The notes under the pieces: model-generated | Database searches by the model: none | What the model saw: the letters and a program-made list of their open reading frames with translations, nothing else | Told to the model about the DNA's origin: nothing | Translations under genes and position numbers: made by a program | Shown: positions 1-5,908 of the stretch, one piece after another | Numbering within the stretch: position 1 is the stretch's first letter | How the letters are laid out: the number at the start of each line of letters is the position of its first letter | IMG/VR virus record: IMGVR_UViG_3300044448_002050 | Coordinates: 1-25,114 of that record | Source: a virus | Taxonomy: Duplodnaviria > Caudoviricetes | Length of the DNA: 25,114 nucleotides | Reading direction: 5' to 3' (one strand)

Positions 1-1
1 T

Positions 2-151
2 TGCATCCATTCCCAATCTGTCACCTATTGATTTAAAGTTTTTAAATTTATCTGCGCTATCTACTGTGTATTCGCGACCTTTTTCAATTTGAATGGACTT
101 ACATTCAGCTAAAAACTCATCACTTAGCTTAAAAAATGTATCTACTTGCAT
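2..151 (-). CDS. Partial (runs off left edge) alpha-helical protein, DUF1599/nucleotide-modification-associated-like
   Basis: Hand translation: MQVDTFFKLSDEFLAECKSIQIEKGREYTVDSADKFKNFKSIGDRLGMDA... Strong SD AAGGAG upstream. K-x-x-E-Y...NF pattern. Not in the ORF track. Confidence 0.6.
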   Translation of the reverse strand, partial: MQVDTFFKLSDEFLAECKSIQIEKGREYTVDSADKFKNFKSIGDRLGMDA

Positions 152-160
152 TATATCTCC

Positions 161-337
161 TTATTTATATCCTACTTTCATATAGTAGTTATTACCGATT
201 TTCTTTATTTCTTCTCTTTTTGTTGGAGTTTTACCTATGCAATAACCCCATTCTATTGCTCCCTCGCGCATTTCGGATAAAACCTGCGAGGAAGAAAGTT
301 TTTCTGTAATCTTGATGTTAATCGTGTAGTAAGTCAT
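161..337 (-). CDS. Hypothetical protein, 58 aa
   Basis: Hand translation: MTYYTINIKITEKLSSSQVLSEMREGAIEWGYCIGKTPTKREEIKKIGNNYYMKVGYK*. Fills the operon gap, and its TAA overlaps the next gene's SD. Confidence 0.65.
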   Translation of the reverse strand: MTYYTINIKITEKLSSSQVLSEMREGAIEWGYCIGKTPTKREEIKKIGNNYYMKVGYK

Positions 338-566
338 AGACTATGATTGGATTAAATTCACCTAGATACGCACCTACCACATTGTATTGAATCCAGTCTA
401 CTGACTCTTCATCTGTCCAATCATTTACACCTTTAAATAACTCCACCAGTTTGGTATAGCTATACACTACCTTACCACAATGACTGACTCCTAAAATGGC
501 AGCATCCAGTTCTTTTGGGTCATAGACGATTGCATCAGGATTATGTATTGCTATTTCATCTCTCAT
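318..566 (-). CDS. Conserved phage hypothetical protein
   Basis: Motif DAAILG...VVYS...YNVVGAYLGE.NP. Start placed at ATG 566 because of an ATGA overlap with the upstream stop. Confidence 0.75.
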   Translation of the reverse strand: MRDEIAIHNPDAIVYDPKELDAAILGVSHCGKVVYSYTKLVELFKGVNDWTDEESVDWIQYNVVGAYLGEFNPIIVYDLLHD

Positions 567-856
567 TTCAACCAATCCTTCATTTTCATTAACACCACCG
601 TTTCTCCTCGGTCTGCCCTGGTCATCACCAAGTCACAATTTCCAAATGCTAACCATTGTGGAATACTTTTTCTTCGCTTTGCTTGTATTTTCAAAGTTTT
701 TTTGTTCTTCTTTGCCACTATATCCACATCTTCAGTAAACCCCATACTTCTACCATCCGATCCCCAAGCGCGTTTTACCTTATACCCCGCTTTAGCTAGT
801 TGCTCTACGAGTTCCCTTTCGTAAGTATTTCCTTTTGATTTAGATTTACTTGCCAT
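563..856 (-). CDS. Holliday junction resolvase, Hjc-like PD-(D/E)XK nuclease
   Basis: SKSKGNTYERE...VDIV...IQAKRRK motifs. Start at MASK (856), preceded by SD GGAGG. Confidence 0.82.
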   Translation of the reverse strand: MASKSKSKGNTYERELVEQLAKAGYKVKRAWGSDGRSMGFTEDVDIVAKKNKKTLKIQAKRRKSIPQWLAFGNCDLVMTRADRGETVVLMKMKDWLK

Positions 857-1250
857 TTTCTGCTGCCTCCAAAAATCCTTGAAGTATATCATTTAAGAGT
901 TCTTTCATCTTTAAATTTTTACTATAACAAAATGTTCTAAATCGCTTATATACATCTGGTTGCACAGTAAGTCTATGCCTTGTAGATAACTGCATACGAT
1001 TACTACCCTGACTGTTTAACTCAGGTTTAATCTTCTTAATCAGCTTTGATTCTAAATCATGTGCAGCTCCGTAAGTAGTGGCAGGTTTCATCTTCACATA
1101 ATCCCATTCTTTAATCGTGTGTTTCGTAAACCGTTGTCGTACATTCTTACTAATACCGATATATATCACCTTACCATCTTTATACATCACATAGACACCA
1201 CAACATATCGGCACATCCTTCTTATCATTATATACCTGCCACTTACTCAT
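846..1250 (-). CDS. GIY-YIG nuclease domain fused to C-terminal ribbon-helix-helix-like domain
   Basis: GVYVMY...IYIGIS.NVRQRF..H...E..LI....PELN is the GIY-YIG signature. The C-terminal RLTVQPDVYKRFRTFC...MKELLNDIL fits an RHH pattern. SD GGAG and ATGA overlap at 1250. Confidence 0.78.
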   Translation of the reverse strand: MSKWQVYNDKKDVPICCGVYVMYKDGKVIYIGISKNVRQRFTKHTIKEWDYVKMKPATTYGAAHDLESKLIKKIKPELNSQGSNRMQLSTRHRLTVQPDVYKRFRTFCYSKNLKMKELLNDILQGFLEAAENGK

Positions 1251-1378
1251 TGCTTTCTCCAAATATCTATCTTATTTAAACTGACTACTAAAATGAACAT
1301 TGCTCCTACCATTTTAAATACTTGAGTAAAAAACCATCCAATCATCAGCATCCATGTAGGAATATCAATAATAATCAT
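1247..1378 (-). CDS. Small membrane protein, 43 aa
   Basis: MIIIDIPTWMLMIGWFFTQVFKMVGAMFILVVSLNKIDIWRKQ*. SD GAGGT. ATGA overlaps at both ends. Not in the ORF track. Confidence 0.7.
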   Translation of the reverse strand: MIIIDIPTWMLMIGWFFTQVFKMVGAMFILVVSLNKIDIWRKQ

Positions 1379-1545
1379 CTCTCTACCTCATCAAAGATTT
1401 CTAATAACATTGATTCCATCTTGTCAAATTTTTTATTAATAAACCATCTTTGCAGATAGTGATAGGCTATTAATAAAACAGCGATGTACACTAATGTAAA
1501 TACATCAAATCCATTTTCTGATAATGACTGTATCCAGTAACTCAT
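1375..1545 (-). CDS. Small single-pass membrane protein, 56 aa
   Basis: MSYWIQSLSENGFDVFTLVYIAVLLIAYHYLQRWFINKKFDKMESMLLEIFDEVER*. SD AAAGGAG. Not in the ORF track. Confidence 0.75.
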   Translation of the reverse strand: MSYWIQSLSENGFDVFTLVYIAVLLIAYHYLQRWFINKKFDKMESMLLEIFDEVER

Positions 1546-1570
1546 ATTACTCTCCTTTGTTTGTAAATCT

Positions 1571-1705
1571 TGCCCTACAGGTTTCTTTTAGTGCCAACCA
1601 TAAGAATACATTTATCATTTATTTGCCAATCTTCGTCATCAATCCAAATTCCTGTTCGCTTATGTGTTAGGCTTACAGGCTTAATTAAATGATTATTGTA
1701 GGGCA
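1571..1705 (-). ncRNA. Putative structured RNA element (nested stems), coincident with a 43-codon ORF at 1575..1706
   Basis: Perfect 9-bp inverted repeat at 1571-1579/1697-1705, a 12-bp bulged stem at 1593-1604/1659-1672 and a 5-bp stem at 1621-1625/1645-1649. Confidence 0.4.
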
Positions 1706-1860
1706 TTTTTTTTATAAAATTCTTTTTCCATAACATCTAAGCGATCTAATAACTGCTGCACTTCTTGTACTGCATTTTTATTATTATCTGCTTTACTTTT
1801 TAAAACTTCACTCGCTAGACCTTTTCTGATCCATGTTAAATCATTTGGTGTGATCTTCAT
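1693..1860 (-). CDS. Hypothetical helical protein, about 55 aa
   Basis: Start reassigned to MKITPNDL (ATG 1860) with SD GGAG. Amphipathic helices. Confidence 0.65.
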   Translation of the reverse strand: MKITPNDLTWIRKGLASEVLKSKADNNKNAVQEVQQLLDRLDVMEKEFYKKNALQ

Positions 1861-2293
1861 GTACTGACTCCACTTTAGTTGATATACTATAAATTTCATG
1901 GGTAGGGATGAGATAGCAGCGTTTTGGTTCTGTATCTCCTTTCCCTGTAATCAATCTTTGTTGATACCCTTTCTCTAAAATTAAATCTTTAATCTTCTAA
2001 GGCTTTACCCAGACTAAATTCTTTCCATCATAAAACACCCATATATCAGCCTCTGTTGACAGAATACCTGATGGTTTATGATACATATAGGTTTCAATTA
2101 AAAAATTATTGGTGTGTTGTGACTTTTGGTCACTTTTTACTTCTATCCTTGTGTTGGTAGAAGGTGAATACAGATCGAACTGTTTAAACTTGCCAGGAAT
2201 AGGCAAAGCAAACGGGTCTTGCTCTCGAATCCTATCGAGAACTAATTGTTCAATCTGTTTACCGTATAATAGTGCTTCGTTGAAGGTAGGCAT
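1841..2293 (-). pseudogene. PD-(D/E)XK-type nuclease interrupted by a single in-frame TAG (1997-1999)
   Basis: FDL...IEVKSD...NFLIE...SGI..TEAD.W motifs. The same frame continues 51 codons past the TAG (KIKDLILEKG...GKGDTEPKRCYLIP...) to TGA at 1841. Confidence 0.7.
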
Positions 2294-2313
2294 GGTATGT
2301 GGTTCTCATGTTG

Positions 2314-2553
2314 CTACTCCTGATCTATACAGTCGCAGGGTTCAAAAAATTGATGTGGTACTTGATAGTACCCTCTCTCTTCATACTCAAACTCAAGTAC
2401 ACCACCATCACCAGAACAATACTTACAAGTTGTTTCCGCAAACTCCTTGAAGTAGTCCGCTTGCTCTTCGGCAGTCATGTACTCAAACTGTTCAGGGCGG
2501 GGATGCGCCCGCCCATTACAGTCTGGTATGGATTTAGAAGGGTAGTTCATCAT
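2314..2553 (-). CDS. Small zinc-finger protein (DnaJ-type CxxCxGxG)
   Basis: CKYCSGDGG...PCDC. Confidence 0.65.
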   Translation of the reverse strand: MMNYPSKSIPDCNGRAHPRPEQFEYMTAEEQADYFKEFAETTCKYCSGDGGVLEFEYEERGYYQVPHQFFEPCDCIDQE

Positions 2554-2752
2554 CCTGTTTTTGTTGATTAGCTTGAAACTCGCTAACCTTTAGAGATAAG
2601 TATTTATCTCCTTTTTTTGATTGATTAGACCAAGCAGATAAGCTATAGTCTTTTCCATCAAGATTGATTTTCCCAGTCATGTGGGGATGCTTGTCTGTCT
2701 TACGCTCTTTTGCAGTAAACAAAGCACCTTTATTTGTATTGTCAAAAGCCAT
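2534..2752 (-). CDS. Putative single-stranded DNA-binding protein (DUF736-like)
   Basis: GALF...HP.MTGKI.LDG..Y.LSAW...YLSLKV core plus an SSB-type acidic tail DDELPF. Lies next to the exonuclease. Confidence 0.7.
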   Translation of the reverse strand: MAFDNTNKGALFTAKERKTDKHPHMTGKINLDGKDYSLSAWSNQSKKGDKYLSLKVSEFQANQQKQDDELPF

Positions 2753-3627
2753 TACGCTGACTCCTTTAGTTGTTCCTGTTCTTCTTCTTCTTCTACTAAT
2801 GTGAAGGTTGTAGGTAAATCTGGTGGAAAAGACGGAACAGGATTATTATTCGCCCAATCCGAGACTTCTACAACCTTTTTCCAAGTTACTTCATCGCACT
2901 TATACTTCTTAAAAGTATAGTTAGGTGCTTTACGCCATCCTGACTTCAAGTATAGACACGCTACACCATCTATCGGATAATCAGGGAATAACGATTCCCA
3001 CAATATCTTATATGAGGTTAACTGAAGTTGATGTACATTATATGGTTTCCCTGTTTTCCAATCCACAATCCATCGTTCTTCTTCACCTTTCTTATTAACT
3101 AACCTCACTACCCAATCCGCAGTTCCTGCCCAGGAATGTAACTGATTCCCCTCTGAGTCTGCTGCTAAGTCAAACATACATATCTCTGTAGCTTCTGTAG
3201 TAAACTCTCCATTTACTTGAGAGTCCTCACAAAACTGCATAAAAGACATAATATACTTAATCATCTCTCTAGTGATTGGCACTAATTCATCGGTATCTTT
3301 ATTGTGCCATTTAGTTTCCCTTTCAAAATCTATTTTTGTACCTAATAATAATCGTTCACAGTAATCATGTACGATTGTTCCTATAGTTGCTCGCTTATTA
3401 GCATAATCCATAGCATCCTGATAAGTAGGTGCATTACCTAACCAAGTGTGAAAGCCGATACCTTTGTCTAATACATTCTCAAAGGTGGTAGATGATCGCT
3501 TATATATCATCGGTGCATCTTTAAAATGCTCTTCCCAATAATCTTCTAATGGTGAATACCATCTTCCATTGGCAAGGTCATGCCTTTCAACGGGTATCGG
3601 TGATTGTAGTAGTTCCTGTTCTAACAT
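2752..3627 (-). CDS. PD-(D/E)XK exonuclease (RecB/Cas4-like phage recombination nuclease)
   Basis: GTIVH, AGTAD, IVDWKTG and QLTSY motifs. SD AGAGGT. Confidence 0.85.
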   Translation of the reverse strand: MLEQELLQSPIPVERHDLANGRWYSPLEDYWEEHFKDAPMIYKRSSTTFENVLDKGIGFHTWLGNAPTYQDAMDYANKRATIGTIVHDYCERLLLGTKIDFERETKWHNKDTDELVPITREMIKYIMSFMQFCEDSQVNGEFTTEATEICMFDLAADSEGNQLHSWAGTADWVVRLVNKKGEEERWIVDWKTGKPYNVHQLQLTSYKILWESLFPDYPIDGVACLYLKSGWRKAPNYTFKKYKCDEVTWKKVVEVSDWANNNPVPSFPPDLPTTFTLVEEEEEQEQLKESA

Positions 3628-3642
3628 ACTATTACCTCTTTT

Positions 3643-3801
3643 TTATATAATTAAATCGCTGATGTCATAGCGTTTTGTTCTATAGCCAAGATTGATTTCT
3701 TTGATCTTTCCTGACTTTGCCCATAGTCTAATTGTCGCTGGATGAACATTGAAGTGTTCCGCTATCTCTCTAGTAGTAAAAGTTTTTGTTTGATTTTTCA
3801 T
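3643..3801 (-). CDS. xis: Excisionase / MerR-like winged-HTH DNA-binding protein, 52 aa
   Basis: Hand translation: MKNQTKTFTTREIAEHFNVHPATIRLWAKSGKIKEINLGYRTKRYDISDLII*. SD AGGA. Divergent from the repressor. Not in the ORF track. Confidence 0.82.
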   Translation of the reverse strand: MKNQTKTFTTREIAEHFNVHPATIRLWAKSGKIKEINLGYRTKRYDISDLII

Positions 3802-3893
3802 TAATAATTCCTAATATATTGTAATGATTCATATCAATATTACATGATACACGGTAAATTATTACATTTTTATTACATTTGCAATAGTTATTA
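3802..3893. promoter_or_regulatory. Divergent lysis/lysogeny switch region with putative operators and leftward sigma70-like promoter
   Basis: TATTACAT at 3838, 3860 and 3871, plus inverted TGTAAT at 3820. On the minus strand: TTGCAA (3884-3879), 17 nt, TAATTT (3861-3856). Confidence 0.65.
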
Positions 3894-4736
3894 ATGGCTT
3901 CTAATAATATAATTAAAAAGTTAAAGTCTCATTTTGGGGTTTTTACAGATACAGCATTAGCTGACAAGCTAAATGTATCTCAGCCAACTATTGCTTCTTG
4001 GAAGAACAGAAAGATTCCAAATCATATCCTAATGCAATATGCGACTATTTTGGGAGATTTAGTTCAGGCAGATTCAGATATGGTGGCTAATAGAGAGCCA
4101 AAAACAGTTTCAGGGGCAGGAGAAACAGTACAAAGTCAAGGAGTACAAGTAGAAGAGAACCAAATCACAATAGAAGGAGACACAAAAGTGAATAGTACCG
4201 TAAATAAAATTAGTACCAACGACCTATTGCAAGACTTAGACGAAAAAAGAGGATATATAGGTTATCTTAAAAATGAAATAGCCCAATTAAAATCTGCATT
4301 AAATAGAAAAACCATAGAAAACACAAATTTTGATTCTCAGCCATGTGAATCTCAGATTGATGTTTTTATAGGGTTTAGTTTAAAAGGATTAACTAGAACT
4401 ATTAATTCAGTAACAAATCTTGATATATATACAGAAAAATTAGGATATACAAAAAAAGAAATGGAAAACTATTGGGATGTTGGTACTAAATATAAATTTT
4501 CTGAGCATCCTATTGAGCAAATTGTCGAAGAGACATCAAAGGAAAAATTTAGAAAAGAATCAAAAACCTTACCTGAAAAAATGAAAGACGAAGAAAATAT
4601 CGTAGGAGATCATTTTTACTTTACAGATTTTTATTATATCCATAAAGAAGGTCATAAAGTTCCAGTTCATGTAAGTGCTAAAATTCTCTGGTGGGAAAAA
4701 AAGATAATTTCCAAATTACATTTTATGAATGAGTAG
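3894..4736 (+). CDS. CI-like HTH repressor with coiled coil and C-terminal PAS-like domain
   Basis: N-terminal DTALADKLNVSQPTIASWKNR HTH. Coiled coil at about aa 111-139. C-terminal LGYTKKEM...HPIEQIV...YIHKEGHKVPVHVSAK resembles PAS/PAC. Located between xis and integrase. Confidence 0.8.
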   Translation: MASNNIIKKLKSHFGVFTDTALADKLNVSQPTIASWKNRKIPNHILMQYATILGDLVQADSDMVANREPKTVSGAGETVQSQGVQVEENQITIEGDTKVNSTVNKISTNDLLQDLDEKRGYIGYLKNEIAQLKSALNRKTIENTNFDSQPCESQIDVFIGFSLKGLTRTINSVTNLDIYTEKLGYTKKEMENYWDVGTKYKFSEHPIEQIVEETSKEKFRKESKTLPEKMKDEENIVGDHFYFTDFYYIHKEGHKVPVHVSAKILWWEKKIISKLHFMNE

Positions 4737-4747
4737 ATAATTTATAA

Positions 4748-5707
4748 TTGAGTAAGATAAGAAAACGCCCTGGCTCTAAATACTATCAATATACTACAGG
4801 AACACCGCCCAATAGAGTAAGACGAAGTACAGGTCAAACCAATCATCATGCTGCGAAAATAAAGCAGAAGGAATTTGATGAGTTATATGAAAAGCAAGGT
4901 TTAACCTATATTCCAAAAACTACCTATAACTTTATTGAAAGTTATCTAGCCTGGCATAAGCAAAATAAAAGTCCTGATTGGAATAAGCGTGTAGAACAAG
5001 GTCTTGCTCCTTTTGCAAAATTATACCACAATGTCTTATTAACCGATATTAGTATTGATCATGTTATTCACTATAAAACAGAGCGATCCAAAGTAAGAGC
5101 AAAAAATACGGTTAACCATGAATTATCTATGTTGTCTGGTCTATTTAAATATGCTCAAATGCTTAGAGTAGTATCTAATAACCCTGCCGATCCGTATTTT
5201 ATTGAAAGATATGATACATCAGAAGATAGGCGCGATCCTATTCCTATTGATATGGTTAAAGAAGTGATTAATCAAACCACTAATGAAAGAGATAAAGCTA
5301 TGATGTCTTTAGCTTTATATTCTGGTATGAGGGCAGGAAGCGCAGGAACTTTAGAAAAGAAAAATATAAAAGATGGATTTTTAGAGTGGGTTCAAGGAAG
5401 AAAGGTGAAAAGAAAATGTGTAGTACCCTTACACCCTAAATTAAAAGATATGGATTTAACTAATTTAGCACCTAAAAGAAAACAACGAAAAAATGTAACT
5501 GAACATTTACAAGAAATGTTAATGGATTTATATCAGTATAAAAGCGATTTTCACTCAATTCGCCATACCTTTTCTAATCGGTTAACAGAATTAGACTTAG
5601 AATGGCTCTATATTAAGTTTTTATTAGGTCATAAAATGGATGATGTGACTTGGAGATATATGCACAAAAAGGTAGAAACATTTAGACCGTATGTATATGC
5701 AATATAG
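4748..5707 (+). CDS. int: Tyrosine integrase
   Basis: Catalytic R (YSGMR), HxxR (FHSIRHTF), H (LLGH) and Y (VTWRY). Core-binding motif NTVNHELSML. Basic N-terminal arm-binding-like segment. TTG start. Confidence 0.95.
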   Translation: MSKIRKRPGSKYYQYTTGTPPNRVRRSTGQTNHHAAKIKQKEFDELYEKQGLTYIPKTTYNFIESYLAWHKQNKSPDWNKRVEQGLAPFAKLYHNVLLTDISIDHVIHYKTERSKVRAKNTVNHELSMLSGLFKYAQMLRVVSNNPADPYFIERYDTSEDRRDPIPIDMVKEVINQTTNERDKAMMSLALYSGMRAGSAGTLEKKNIKDGFLEWVQGRKVKRKCVVPLHPKLKDMDLTNLAPKRKQRKNVTEHLQEMLMDLYQYKSDFHSIRHTFSNRLTELDLEWLYIKFLLGHKMDDVTWRYMHKKVETFRPYVYAI

Positions 5708-5728
5708 TGTGTCATTTATGTGTCATAT
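5708..5728 (+). repeat. Tandem arm-type integrase binding sites (pair 1)
   Basis: TGTGTCATTT at 5708-5717 and TGTGTCATAT at 5719-5728, 11-bp period. Confidence 0.8.
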
Positions 5729-5811
5729 TTACTACAACTTACTATTACTTATGATGATGAATGAGAGGTGTTTTTTAGAGGGAAAATAAGTTTTCTCGAC
5801 TATGGCTAAAT

Positions 5812-5854
5812 CGGTTTTGCAAACCGCCCCCTTAAGCCACTTGGGTACGACGCC
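5812..5854 (-). tRNA. 5' half fragment of tRNA-Cys(GCA) (attP core, not a complete tRNA)
   Basis: Minus strand GGCGTCG TA CCC AAGTGGCTTAA GGG G GCGGT TTGCAAA ACCG gives the acceptor 5' strand, D-arm and anticodon arm with GCA. No T-arm or 3' acceptor strand follows. Confidence 0.88.
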
Positions 5855-5887
5855 ATTCTCTATAAACTGACTAACACAAGATGCGAC

Positions 5888-5908
5888 TGTGTCATTTTTG
5901 TGTCATTT
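5888..5908 (+). repeat. Tandem arm-type integrase binding sites (pair 2)
   Basis: TGTGTCATTT at 5888-5897 and 5899-5908. Overlaps the endolysin 3' end. Confidence 0.8.

Larger units (their letters stand above)
5708..5908. other. attP site
   Basis: Directly downstream of int. A tRNA fragment core is flanked by paired direct repeats. Confidence 0.88.

Noticed and set aside
149-162. T7 gene-10-like RBS (AAGGAGATATA) as vector contamination
   Set aside because: There is no T7 promoter or vector context, and the flanks are continuous phage ORFs.
2752-3627. CRISPR-associated Cas4 / CRISPR array
   Set aside because: There is no repeat-spacer array or other cas gene, and no four-Cys Fe-S pattern is evident. 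The SSB-adjacent context indicates a recombination exonuclease.
4329-4736. LOV blue-light sensor
   Set aside because: The GxNCRFLQ motif is absent, so it is PAS-like only.
4743-4748. TATAAT as an integrase promoter
   Set aside because: It overlaps the TTG start itself and has no matching -35. Likely chance in AT-rich DNA.
5780-5854. Complete phage-encoded tRNA-Cys
   Set aside because: After the anticodon stem there is no T-loop (TTCRA) and no strand complementary to GGCGTCG, so it is only a half tRNA.
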